Positions 1 to 9,320 of a stretch of DNA of 22,802 nucleotides are shown here, one piece after another. Source of the DNA: Pseudothermotoga sp. (lineage in GTDB: Bacteria > Thermotogota > Thermotogae > Thermotogales > DSM-5069); contig JBEPZZ010000029.1 in assembly GCA_041640575.1 (NCBI GenBank), forward strand, positions 1-22,802. Reading direction: 5' to 3'. Below the pieces are notes generated by a model. It saw only the letters and a program-made list of their open reading frames with translations. It searched no databases and was not told the DNA's origin. The number at the start of each line of letters is the position of its first letter. Position 1 is the first letter of the stretch. A program made the translations under genes and the position numbers.

Positions 1-413
1 GGGATGTGTGCAGGCTTGAAGCGTCTTACATGTTGTATGGTAACGATATGGACGAAACCGTTACTCCACTTGAAGCTGGCTTGTCGTGGACAGTCAAATT
101 TGAAAAAGATTTCATTGGTAAAGAAACTTTAGTAAAACAAAAAGAAGAAGGGCTGAAGAGAAGAATAAGAGGATTGAAACTTGAAGGTAAGAGAATTGCA
201 AGGCATGGGATGAAAGTTTTTAAGGATGGCAAAGAGATTGGATACATTACAAGTGGCACACTCTCACCAACTTTGGGGGAATCTATAGCGCTTGCAATGC
301 TCTCAGGAGATTTGAAACTGCAGGATGAAGTTCAAGTAGATATAAGAGGAACTTTGGTTAATGGAAAAATCATCAAGCTTCCATTTTACAGAGGATCTGT
401 AAAAACAAAATAG
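1..413 (+). CDS. gcvT: Glycine cleavage system aminomethyltransferase T, 3' part (5' end outside window)
   Basis: Frame open from the window edge (DVCRLEASYMLYGNDM...TPLEAGLSW...GYITSGTLSPTLG), the typical GcvT C-terminal half. Directly upstream of gcvH. Confidence 0.95.
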   Translation, partial: DVCRLEASYMLYGNDMDETVTPLEAGLSWTVKFEKDFIGKETLVKQKEEGLKRRIRGLKLEGKRIARHGMKVFKDGKEIGYITSGTLSPTLGESIALAMLSGDLKLQDEVQVDIRGTLVNGKIIKLPFYRGSVKTK

Positions 414-425
414 GAGGTGTTCAGG

Positions 426-797
426 ATGAAGAAATTTGCTAAGACCCACGAATGGGTAGAAGTAGAAGGAAACATCGTGAAAGTTGGTATTTCTGTTTAC
501 GCACAGGAAAAGCTCGGAGATGTTGTGTATGTCGATCTTCCAAAGATCGGCAAGCAAGTTAAGAAAGGAGAAATTCTGCTCAGTATTGAATCTGTCAAAG
601 CAGCGGGAGATGTTTACGCTCCAGTGAGTGGGAAAGTTGTCGAGGTAAACGGAGCATTGAGTAATCAACCTGAACTGATTAACAAAGATGCAGAAGGCCA
701 AGGCTGGATTGCAAAGATAGAAATGACAAATCCTGCGGAATTAAACGATTTGATGAGCGAGTCTGACTACAGAAAGTTCTGTGAGGAGGAAGGTTAA
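426..797 (+). CDS. gcvH: Glycine cleavage system H protein (lipoyl carrier)
   Basis: THEWV, YAQEKLGDVVYV and lipoyl-Lys motif ESVKAA. RBS AGGAGGTG at 412-419 favours ATG 426 over GTG 417. Confidence 0.96.
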   Translation: MKKFAKTHEWVEVEGNIVKVGISVYAQEKLGDVVYVDLPKIGKQVKKGEILLSIESVKAAGDVYAPVSGKVVEVNGALSNQPELINKDAEGQGWIAKIEMTNPAELNDLMSESDYRKFCEEEG

Positions 798-2128
798 TGC
801 ACCCATATATTCCTCACACTGAGGAAGATATAAAAAGAATGCTTGAAACCATTGGAATTAGCTCTTTGGAAGAGCTCTATACAGATGTACCTAAGACAGT
901 TTCCAATTTGAATCTTCCAAATGGTAAAGATGAATTTTCTGTACACGCCATTTTAAAGCAGCTTGCAAATTTAAACAAAGCTATTGACAAGGAAAAGATC
1001 TTCATGGGAGCAGGAATTTATGCACATCACATACCAGAAGTTGTGAAAGTACTATCCAGTCGACCAGAATTTGTCACGGCATATACACCGTATCAAGCTG
1101 AAGTGTCTCAGGGAACATTGCAAGCGCTTTTTGAATACCAAACGATGATTTGTGAACTGACGGGGATGGAAGTTGCAAATTCATCAATGTACGATGGAGC
1201 AAGTGCACTTGCTGAAGCTGTTTTAATGGCTCACAGAATTAATTCTAGAAAAAAGGTTTTAATGAGCGAAGCTATTCATCCTGAATATGTCCAGACATGC
1301 CATACTTACGCAACTGCTCAGAACATAACCTTCGAAACAATTCCAATCGATGAATCTGGTGCCACAAATGTTCAGGCGTTAAAAAATATGGTTGACGATG
1401 ATACGTGTGCCGTTGTGGTGCAATATCCAAATTTCTTTGGAGTGGTTGAAGATCTCAGAATAATTAGAGACGTTGCAAAAGACGTTGTATTCATAGTTGT
1501 TGCCGAACCATTTTCCCTTTCAGTTCTTGAACCACCGGGAAGCTTTGGAGCTGACATTGTCGTTGGTGATGGGCAACCGTTGGGCATAGAAATGAATTAT
1601 GGAGGACCGACTGTTGGATTTTTTGCCACGCTCGAAAAGCATGTGAGGAAAGCACCAGGCAGAATAATTGGGCAGACCAAAGATATTGATGGAAAAGTAG
1701 GGTATGTTATGGTCTTACAGACTAGGGAGCAGCATATTAGAAGGGAGAAAGCAACTTCAAATATCTGCACAAACCATGCATTGATGGCTCTTACTAACGC
1801 AATTTTCATGAGCGTTCTAGGTCCAGAAGGTTTGAAAGAAGTGGCTTTAAGAAGCTATTCAAATGCACATTACTTGGCGGCAAAGTTGGAAAAAATAGGT
1901 CTGTCACGACCTTTTAATGGTGAGTTTTTCAACGAATTTGTCATCAAAGTCTCAGCAGATTACGATGCAAAGTGGAGAAGGATTTTCGAGAAAGGTTTTC
2001 TTGGTCCGTTACCATTGAGTTGGTATTTTGAAAAATATAAAGATTATGCACTTTCCTGTGCTACAGAGGTTAACACGAAAGAATCGATAGATGAGTTTGT
2101 CGAAGTACTGGGGCGTGATTTAGCATGA
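797..2128 (+). CDS. gcvPA: Glycine dehydrogenase (decarboxylating) subunit 1
   Basis: [47 protein letters not shown]. Overlaps the gcvH stop. Confidence 0.96.
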   Translation: MHPYIPHTEEDIKRMLETIGISSLEELYTDVPKTVSNLNLPNGKDEFSVHAILKQLANLNKAIDKEKIFMGAGIYAHHIPEVVKVLSSRPEFVTAYTPYQAEVSQGTLQALFEYQTMICELTGMEVANSSMYDGASALAEAVLMAHRINSRKKVLMSEAIHPEYVQTCHTYATAQNITFETIPIDESGATNVQALKNMVDDDTCAVVVQYPNFFGVVEDLRIIRDVAKDVVFIVVAEPFSLSVLEPPGSFGADIVVGDGQPLGIEMNYGGPTVGFFATLEKHVRKAPGRIIGQTKDIDGKVGYVMVLQTREQHIRREKATSNICTNHALMALTNAIFMSVLGPEGLKEVALRSYSNAHYLAAKLEKIGLSRPFNGEFFNEFVIKVSADYDAKWRRIFEKGFLGPLPLSWYFEKYKDYALSCATEVNTKESIDEFVEVLGRDLA

Positions 2129-3561
2129 CGATTTTTGAAAAATCGGTTCCTGGAAGAAAAGCTTTCAGATTGCCAAAAAACGATGTACAAACTTTTGAAA
2201 TCAACCTACCAGAACACTTAAAGAGAAAGAAACCACCTTTGTTGCCTGAACTTTCTGAACCAGATGTTGTCAGACATTATATTAATCTAGCAAGCAAAAA
2301 TTATTCTGTTGACAAAGGTTTCTATCCCTTAGGCTCCTGCACAATGAAATACAATCCAAAGTTAAATGAGACTGTTGCAGTTTTGGAAGGATTTGTGAAG
2401 ATTCATCCATACCAACCTTGGGAAAGTGCTCAAGGTGCTTTAAAGCTGATGTACGAACTTAAGCAGTTTTTGTGCGAAATCACCGGAATGGACGATATGA
2501 CTTTGCAACCAGCTGCTGGTGCTCACGGAGAACTTGTCGGAATGCTGATAGCAAGAGCTTACCACGTCTCAAGAGGCGATCTGAAAAGATGCGTAGCTTT
2601 AGTTCCAGATTCTGCCCACGGCACCAATCCAGCTTCAGCTGCAATGGCTGGATTTGAGGTGATTGAGCTTAAGTCAACAAAGGATGGCTTGATTGATTTA
2701 GAAGAACTCAAAAGAAATTTGAATGAAAAAGTAGCCGTTTTGATGCTTACCAATCCTAACACGCTTGGCCTGTTCGAAAAGGATATTCTTCAAATTGCAA
2801 AAATAGTTCATGAAGCTGGTGCGTTACTCTACTACGATGGGGCCAACTTAAACGCGATAATGGGTAGAACTAGACCGGGTGACATGGGATTTGATATAGT
2901 TCATCTGAACCTTCACAAGACTTTTTCAACCCCACACGGTATGGGAGGACCAGGAAGTGGTCCGGTCGGCGTGAAAAGCTTCCTCAGTGAATTTTTGCCA
3001 ATCCCAGTGATAAGAAAGAATGAAGAAAAGTATTATCCTGATTTCAATTTGCCAAAATCTGTTGGCAGAGTGAGAAGTTTCTACGGAAACTTTAGCGTCT
3101 TGGTAAAAGCTTATACCTACATACTTTCGATGGGTGCAGATGGTTTAACTCATGCTTCTAAAATGGCCGTACTGAACGCAAATTATCTTAGAAAACTTGT
3201 TTCAAAGTATTTTGATATAGCTTCCCCAAGAACATGCATGCACGAATTTGTCGTGGATGGTAGCAGGTTTGTTAAGGAAACTGGTGTGAAAGTTTTGGAT
3301 GTCGCTAAGAGACTACTTGATTATCAGGTTCATGCTCCAACGGTATATTTCCCGTTGATAGTTCACGAAGCAATGATGATTGAACCAACCGAGACTGAGA
3401 GTAAGGAGACTTTAGACTATTTTGCAGCTGTACTTGAAAAAATAGTTCATGAAGCTAGGACAAACCCAGAGCTTGTCAAAAACGCTCCATACACAACACC
3501 GGTGAGAAGGCTGGATGACGTAAATGCTACCAAATATCCTGTTTTCAAGTACAAAAAGTGA
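2125..3561 (+). CDS. gcvPB: Glycine dehydrogenase (decarboxylating) subunit 2
   Basis: [26 protein letters not shown]-Lys motif [30 protein letters not shown] overlap with gcvPA. Confidence 0.96.
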   Translation: MTIFEKSVPGRKAFRLPKNDVQTFEINLPEHLKRKKPPLLPELSEPDVVRHYINLASKNYSVDKGFYPLGSCTMKYNPKLNETVAVLEGFVKIHPYQPWESAQGALKLMYELKQFLCEITGMDDMTLQPAAGAHGELVGMLIARAYHVSRGDLKRCVALVPDSAHGTNPASAAMAGFEVIELKSTKDGLIDLEELKRNLNEKVAVLMLTNPNTLGLFEKDILQIAKIVHEAGALLYYDGANLNAIMGRTRPGDMGFDIVHLNLHKTFSTPHGMGGPGSGPVGVKSFLSEFLPIPVIRKNEEKYYPDFNLPKSVGRVRSFYGNFSVLVKAYTYILSMGADGLTHASKMAVLNANYLRKLVSKYFDIASPRTCMHEFVVDGSRFVKETGVKVLDVAKRLLDYQVHAPTVYFPLIVHEAMMIEPTETESKETLDYFAAVLEKIVHEARTNPELVKNAPYTTPVRRLDDVNATKYPVFKYKK

Positions 3562-3565
3562 AATT

Positions 3566-3586
3566 ACCGGGCGCGTTGCGCCCGGT
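3566..3586 (+). terminator. GC-rich hairpin after gcvPB with a poor U-tract (weak terminator or mRNA stabiliser)
   Basis: ACCGGGCGC-GTT-GCGCCCGGT perfect 9-bp stem, followed by TCTGCTC rather than a T run. Confidence 0.6.
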
Positions 3587-3626
3587 TCTGCTCAACCTTG
3601 CCTAATCTTCATGGAGGTATACGATA

Positions 3627-4289
3627 ATGAAAGCGATCCTCTTCGATTATGATGGAACATTGGCGCTGACCAACGAAGATTTGTTTGCAAGGAATTATTT
3701 CGAGCATTTGAACAGTTTTATGAAAGGAAAATATTCTGTAGCAATTAGCAGCAAGGATGTTCTTGAGTGTGTAGAGTACATAATAAAGAATGCCGATGGC
3801 GAAAGAAACAACTTTGTCAGGTTTTTGGATTGTTTCTCATCAAAAACGAAAGAAAACATTGAATGGATGAAAGCTTTTCAAGATTTCTATTCGAGCGAAG
3901 ATTTTGAAAGCTTAAAGGACCTTGCAGTGCCAAATGAGAAAATTATAGAGTTGCTTCATAAATCTAAGGCTAAAGGTTTAAAAACGGTCCTGGCAACCAA
4001 CCCGGTCTTTCCAGAGATTGCGATCGTAAGGCGTTTGCATTGGATCGGTCTTACAGAAGCAGATTTTGATTTGATAACAACAATGGAAAACTTTTTCTAC
4101 TGCAAACCACATCCACAGTATTTTTTGCAGATTTGCAAAATATTGAACGTTGAACCTGAGGACTGCATCATGATAGGGAACGATGATCATTTTGACAAGC
4201 CGTGTGAAAATGTTGGAATAGTTTTCAAACATGTGACTGAAGTAAATGAAGACTGGATTCAAAATTTATTAGATTATCGAGGTGCATAA
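3627..4289 (+). CDS. HAD-superfamily hydrolase (subfamily IA-like phosphatase)
   Basis: Motif I FDYDGT, motif II LATN, motif III KPHP, motif IV GNDDHFD. RBS GGAGGT at 3613-3618. Confidence 0.88.
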   Translation: MKAILFDYDGTLALTNEDLFARNYFEHLNSFMKGKYSVAISSKDVLECVEYIIKNADGERNNFVRFLDCFSSKTKENIEWMKAFQDFYSSEDFESLKDLAVPNEKIIELLHKSKAKGLKTVLATNPVFPEIAIVRRLHWIGLTEADFDLITTMENFFYCKPHPQYFLQICKILNVEPEDCIMIGNDDHFDKPCENVGIVFKHVTEVNEDWIQNLLDYRGA

Positions 4290-4869
4290 CGTGAAGGTAA
4301 TGATAGATATTGATGATGTACTCACGAATTTCAACAGAGCTTTCCTTGAGATTTCCAACAAGCTTTTCTCAACTCCCGTCGAGGTTGAGATAACTGTCTG
4401 GGAATTTCATAAATGTGTACCTGGCCTGGACTACGATAAGGAAATGATAGTTTGGGAAACGATAGAGAATACGGAAGATTTTTATGAACAGTTACCACTT
4501 TATGCGAGTCAAGAAGATTTGGAACTTCTTAGACAAGTCGTAAAAATTGGAGTGGATGTTTATCTTATCACCGCACGTTTCCCAGTAAAAGGTAAAACGG
4601 TTGAAGAACAAACCAGAAATTGGATCGAGAAATATCTGGGCTTAGAACTTCCTGTGATAGTGACGTCAAGTAAAGGAAAGAAGTGTAAAGAGATTGGTAT
4701 TTCATTAGCTTTGGACGATGCACCACATCATATACAAGACCTTATCGAGCAAGGAATCCCAACGGTTGTCATGGATTGGCCTTATAACAGGCATTTAGAT
4801 TCGCTTCCAAGAGTTAAATCACTTAAAGAGTTTCTGGAAAGATACGTTTTACACAGGGAGGTGAGATAA
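4282..4869 (+). CDS. HAD-superfamily 5'(3')-deoxyribonucleotidase (NT5C)-like phosphatase
   Basis: IDIDDVL, ITAR, LDDAPH and C-terminal DWPYNR are typical of NT5C-like nucleotidases. Overlaps both neighbours. Confidence 0.75.
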   Translation: MHNVKVMIDIDDVLTNFNRAFLEISNKLFSTPVEVEITVWEFHKCVPGLDYDKEMIVWETIENTEDFYEQLPLYASQEDLELLRQVVKIGVDVYLITARFPVKGKTVEEQTRNWIEKYLGLELPVIVTSSKGKKCKEIGISLALDDAPHHIQDLIEQGIPTVVMDWPYNRHLDSLPRVKSLKEFLERYVLHREVR

Positions 4870-5861
4870 TGAAAAAATTCTTTCTTTTGATCATTTGCAT
4901 CGTTTTGATGACAGTTATTTATGGTGCACCAAAGAAGGTTGCATATGTCATTAACGGTTCGTTGGGAGACCAGTCTTTTTACGATTCTGGCTATGCGGGT
5001 ATCAAGAAGATTGAAAAGGATTTCGGTGTTGAAACAAGGGTAATCGAGTGTAATTTCGATCCATCGTTGTACTATCCTAGTTTGATGGCGGCAGCCAGAT
5101 GGGCTGATGTAATTTTCGTGATTTCATATGGTTTTGAAGAGGAGTTAAAACAAGTTGCCACAAAATTTCCAGAGAAAATCTGGGTCAATATCGATACGGT
5201 GGTTCAGGATCCAAAGGGAATAATTTCAAGTGTGGATTACCGTGAGGAAGAAGGAGCGTTCTTGGCTGGAGTTGTTGCCGCAATAGTGACAACGATGACG
5301 GAATTACCTGGAATTAACCCTCAAAAAATAATTGGAGCCGTTGGAGGGGATGATGATATTGTCATAAGATCGTTTGTCTACGGCTATGAACAAGGCGCAA
5401 AGTACATCGACCCTCAAGTTGAGGTAAAGGTTATTTATGTTGGTAGCTGGGATGATCCGGCGAAAGGAAAACAAGCCGCATTGCAACTCTATGCTCAGGG
5501 AGCCGACGTTGTTTTCCAAATTGCAGCCCTTACTGGCTTCGGAGTACTTCAGGCAGCAAAAGAAGTTGGAAAGTATGCAATAGGCGTTGATTCGAATCAA
5601 AACCCGTTGATGCCAGGTCATGTTATAACTAGTGATCTCAAGGAAGTTGGCCAATCCATTTACAAGATTTTCCAGATGATCATTAATGGGACTTTCCAAA
5701 AGGGAATGATTTACAGTTTTGGGGTTAAGGAAGGAATGGTTGGTTTAGCAATTGACGAGTATACAAGGATGATACTTCCAGAAGCTGTCGTGAATCGAAT
5801 ACTCGAGATTCAAAGAAAAATAGCGGAGGGTGAGATAAAAGTCAAGTACTATCAACCTTAA
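4869..5861 (+). CDS. BMP-family (PnrA/TmpC-like) ABC transporter substrate-binding protein, probably for nucleosides
   Basis: N-terminal signal peptide, then LGDQSFYD, EEGAFLAG, GADVVF and AIGVDSNQ motifs. Confidence 0.88.
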   Translation: MKKFFLLIICIVLMTVIYGAPKKVAYVINGSLGDQSFYDSGYAGIKKIEKDFGVETRVIECNFDPSLYYPSLMAAARWADVIFVISYGFEEELKQVATKFPEKIWVNIDTVVQDPKGIISSVDYREEEGAFLAGVVAAIVTTMTELPGINPQKIIGAVGGDDDIVIRSFVYGYEQGAKYIDPQVEVKVIYVGSWDDPAKGKQAALQLYAQGADVVFQIAALTGFGVLQAAKEVGKYAIGVDSNQNPLMPGHVITSDLKEVGQSIYKIFQMIINGTFQKGMIYSFGVKEGMVGLAIDEYTRMILPEAVVNRILEIQRKIAEGEIKVKYYQP

Positions 5862-5867
5862 AACAAG

Positions 5868-7382
5868 GTGAGTAAAGTGTCATACATCGAGATGGTTGGA
5901 ATATACAAGATCTATCCACCGGATGTAATTGCTTTGAAGAATGTGGATCTCTCCCTACAAAAGGGAGAGATCCATTCAATTGTAGGTGAAAATGGGGCTG
6001 GTAAATCTACACTCATGAAAATTCTCTACGGCCTCGTTAAACCTTCCATGGGCATTATAAAGATTAATGGTGTCAGAAAGTCTATCACAAGTCCAACAAA
6101 AGCTCAGCAAAATGGGATTGGAATGGTTCATCAGGAATTCATGCTTATACCATCTTTAAGAGTTTATGAAAACATCTTGCTTGGAAAAGAAAAAACAATT
6201 TTTGGATTTTTGAAACGACATGAGATGAAAAAAGATGTCGAACATTTTGTCGAAAAGTTTGGTTTCAATTTGGATGTGGATACAATAACTGCCGATTTGT
6301 CTGTGGCTGCGCAGCAGAAAGTTGAAATACTCAAAGTTCTATACACAGGAGCCGATATCTTGATTTTAGACGAACCTACGGCTGTTTTAACTCCGCAAGA
6401 AAGTAGTGAGTTGTTTGAGCAGCTGAAAAAATTGAAAGATCTTGGGAAAGCAATTGTTTTCATCAGTCATAAACTTGATGAAGTCCTTGGCATTTCGGAT
6501 AGAATCACAATTTTAAGAAAAGGTGAAAAGGTGGCAACTGTTTTAGGTAAGGATGTAAGCAAAACCGATCTGGCAAGAATGATGATTGGTAAACCTGTAC
6601 TTTTTGACATAAAAATTCAGAAAGTTGGAAAAGGTGAACCTGTATTAGTTTTGAAAAATCTCACTGTCAAATCCAAACGAAAAAAAGCTAAAGCGCTAGA
6701 AAATGTCAGTATAGTCGTGAATTCTGGTGAAATAGTTGGTATTGCGGCAATTGAGGGTAACGGTCAACATGAACTTGTTCAAGCCGTTGTGGGTGAAATC
6801 GTGCCAGATTCGGGTGAAATAAAAATATGCGATGTGGATGTTTCTAAGCAACCTTTACACAAAAGAAGAATTCTTATGAGTTATGTACCGCAAGACAGAA
6901 AGAGGAAAGGGTTGGCTTTGAAGGCAACGATAGTTGAAAATCTCATCATGACTCATCATTTGACAAAAAAGCTGAGAAAAGGGATGATTTTGAGTTGGAA
7001 AAATGCAAGAAAACTTGCAAGCAAAATCATAGAAGATTTTAAGGTTGTCTGCAGAAACTTTCAGCAAGAAGCAGCAACATTGAGTGGTGGAAATCAGCAG
7101 AAATTGGTTGTTGGAAGGGAATTCTCTTTGGACACCAAATTGATAGTTTTGGATGATCCGACTAGAGGATTGGACGTGGCTTCAACTGAGTATATACGTC
7201 AACTTGTCGTTGTAGCTCGTGACTCTGGAAAGGCGATTTTGCTTGTCTCATCAGATCTTGACGAACTGATTGCTTTGTCAGACAGAATATATGTCTTGCG
7301 AGAAGGAAAAGTGGTAGCTGAATTTCAAAGAAGTGTTGACAAAGAAACCATCGGTATGTATATGCTGGGGGTCACCGCATGA
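5868..7382 (+). CDS. ABC transporter ATP-binding protein with two NBDs (CUT2/nucleoside type)
   Basis: Walker A GENGAGKST, MVHQEF, LILDEPT; second-domain signature LSGGNQQK. Confidence 0.93.
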   Translation: MSKVSYIEMVGIYKIYPPDVIALKNVDLSLQKGEIHSIVGENGAGKSTLMKILYGLVKPSMGIIKINGVRKSITSPTKAQQNGIGMVHQEFMLIPSLRVYENILLGKEKTIFGFLKRHEMKKDVEHFVEKFGFNLDVDTITADLSVAAQQKVEILKVLYTGADILILDEPTAVLTPQESSELFEQLKKLKDLGKAIVFISHKLDEVLGISDRITILRKGEKVATVLGKDVSKTDLARMMIGKPVLFDIKIQKVGKGEPVLVLKNLTVKSKRKKAKALENVSIVVNSGEIVGIAAIEGNGQHELVQAVVGEIVPDSGEIKICDVDVSKQPLHKRRILMSYVPQDRKRKGLALKATIVENLIMTHHLTKKLRKGMILSWKNARKLASKIIEDFKVVCRNFQQEAATLSGGNQQKLVVGREFSLDTKLIVLDDPTRGLDVASTEYIRQLVVVARDSGKAILLVSSDLDELIALSDRIYVLREGKVVAEFQRSVDKETIGMYMLGVTA

Positions 7383-8434
7383 GAGTTCTTCCAAGAGTAC
7401 TTGTAAATCTTCTGTCCATTGTACTTGCATTTTTCATCTGTTCACTTTTGATGATTGCTCAAAAGCATAACCCTTTGGAGGTTTTCCGTTCTTTGTTTGA
7501 CTACTCTTTGGGATCTTGGTTTTCTTTTGCTTCAACTCTTAATTCTTCCGTTGTTTTGATCCTCTGTGGTTTGTCTGCTGCCGTTGCCTTTACTTCTGGA
7601 GTTGTCAATCTTGGTCAACATGGACAACTTTTGATCGGAGCAATAACGGCAGCAATACTTGGTGTTTATATTTCGCTGCCTTCTTTTTTAGGTATTGCTT
7701 TCTTGGTGATTTGCGGTGGTATTTCTGGAATGCTTTGGGCAGGTATTGCCGCTTTTCTGAAGAGAAAATATTCCATGGATGAGTTTATAAGCACTCTGAT
7801 GCTTAACTTTATTGCTGAATATTTCACAATTTACCTAGCGACTTACCCATTCTTGGACAAGAAGGCATATGTGCCTGCGACAAAAATGATCAAAAGGATT
7901 TACTTTATGCCGGACATAAATGGTTTAAGTTTTGCCTTCTTTGTAGCCTTGCTCATGGTAATCCTTTCGTACTGGTTTATTGCGAGAACAAAACATGGTT
8001 ATGAGTTTAGGATGATGGGATTCAACAGAGAGTTTGCGAAAACAGGCGGCTGCGATATTCAAAAGAATACTACAACTGTTTTGCTTTATACAGGTTTTCT
8101 CGCTGGTCTTGCCGGATCACTTTTGATAGTTGCAGGTACTCAAAAACGTTTTATGAAAGGCATCGGTGCGAACTTTGGGTGGGATGGAGTCATGATTGCG
8201 ATAATATCGAGTAACAGTGTCGTTGAGACAGCTTTCTATGCTCTTTTCTTTGGTGCCATTAAAAATGGTGGTATAGGAATGGAATTTGAAGCTTCTGTAC
8301 CCTCTGAATTCATACTTTTTCTGCAATCGGTAATTGTTTTGACAGTGATTGGTGCAAGAAAAACATTCGAAGTTCTTTCACAAAAGCTTAGATCATTCTT
8401 TGAGTTAAAGAAGGCTGTTGGTAAGCATGCTTGA
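7379..8434 (+). CDS. ABC transporter permease (nucleoside type)
   Basis: Multiple hydrophobic segments; NLGQHGQ, DEFISTLMLN, GYEFRMMG, GWDGVMIA. Confidence 0.9.
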   Translation: MRVLPRVLVNLLSIVLAFFICSLLMIAQKHNPLEVFRSLFDYSLGSWFSFASTLNSSVVLILCGLSAAVAFTSGVVNLGQHGQLLIGAITAAILGVYISLPSFLGIAFLVICGGISGMLWAGIAAFLKRKYSMDEFISTLMLNFIAEYFTIYLATYPFLDKKAYVPATKMIKRIYFMPDINGLSFAFFVALLMVILSYWFIARTKHGYEFRMMGFNREFAKTGGCDIQKNTTTVLLYTGFLAGLAGSLLIVAGTQKRFMKGIGANFGWDGVMIAIISSNSVVETAFYALFFGAIKNGGIGMEFEASVPSEFILFLQSVIVLTVIGARKTFEVLSQKLRSFFELKKAVGKHA

Positions 8435-9320
8435 GGTTATTGGTTATCTTTTGCACTCGACTGTGAGTAGTGCCTCTCCCATATTGTTAGCAGCCTTAGG
8501 TGGAATGCTTACATATCATTCGAACGTTTTCAACATAGCCATGGAGGGCATGATGCTTACAGGTGCGTTCTTTGCAGTTTACGGTAGCTATACATTTGAA
8601 AGCTGGTTGATGGGTATCTTTTTAGCGATTCTAAGTGGTGTAGTTATGGCATTGGTGTTTTCCTTTCTTGCGATTTTTCTTCGCGCTGATGAATTTGTTA
8701 CCGGCATCGGTATAAATATGGCCGCCGTTGGATTAACAACCTATTTGCTTCGAAGCATTTTCAGAGTGAAAGGTGCTTTTATATCTCAGAAAATATTTCC
8801 AGTACCAAAGTGGCGAATACCGGTGCTTGAAAATATTCCGATCGTTGGTGATGTAATCTCGAATCATCCCTTTATTGTTTATGTTGCCATTTTTATTGCT
8901 TTGTTCAGTGAAGTATTGGTCTTTCAAACTAAATTTGGTCTTCACTTAAGAGCTGTCGGAGAAGATGAAGAAGCTGCAAGAACAGTGGGGATAAATTCGA
9001 ATATGTTCAAGTTTGCCTCAACAGTTCTTTGTGGAATTTTATCTTCGCTTGCCGGAGTGTATTTGTCACTTGGTTATGTAACACTGTTCAGTGAGAACAT
9101 GTCCGCTGGACGTGGTTGGATATCGCTTGCAATAATAATCTTGGTAAAAGGTAGACCAATTCATATTCTACTTCTCTCGTTGGTTTTTGGATTTTTTGAA
9201 AGTTTAGGTTTAACTTTACAGCATTACAAACTTGCTCCTCAGTTCACCGCCATGATTCCGTATATTGCCACTTTGTTTGTACTCTACAGCTGGGCAAGAA
9301 GAAAAATTCAATTGGGGTGA
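8427..9320 (+). CDS. ABC transporter permease, second subunit (nucleoside type)
   Basis: PILLAALG, NIAMEGMM, GLHLRAVGE, AGRGWISLA, IPY motifs. ATG 8427 overlaps the upstream gene end (alternative TTG 8418). Confidence 0.9.
   Translation: MLEVIGYLLHSTVSSASPILLAALGGMLTYHSNVFNIAMEGMMLTGAFFAVYGSYTFESWLMGIFLAILSGVVMALVFSFLAIFLRADEFVTGIGINMAAVGLTTYLLRSIFRVKGAFISQKIFPVPKWRIPVLENIPIVGDVISNHPFIVYVAIFIALFSEVLVFQTKFGLHLRAVGEDEEAARTVGINSNMFKFASTVLCGILSSLAGVYLSLGYVTLFSENMSAGRGWISLAIIILVKGRPIHILLLSLVFGFFESLGLTLQHYKLAPQFTAMIPYIATLFVLYSWARRKIQLG

Noticed and set aside
6720..7180. Degenerate Walker A/B in the second NBD of the ABC ATPase (AIEGNGQ, LDDPT)
   Set aside because: Expected asymmetry in CUT2-type double-NBD ATPases, not a pseudogene signal.
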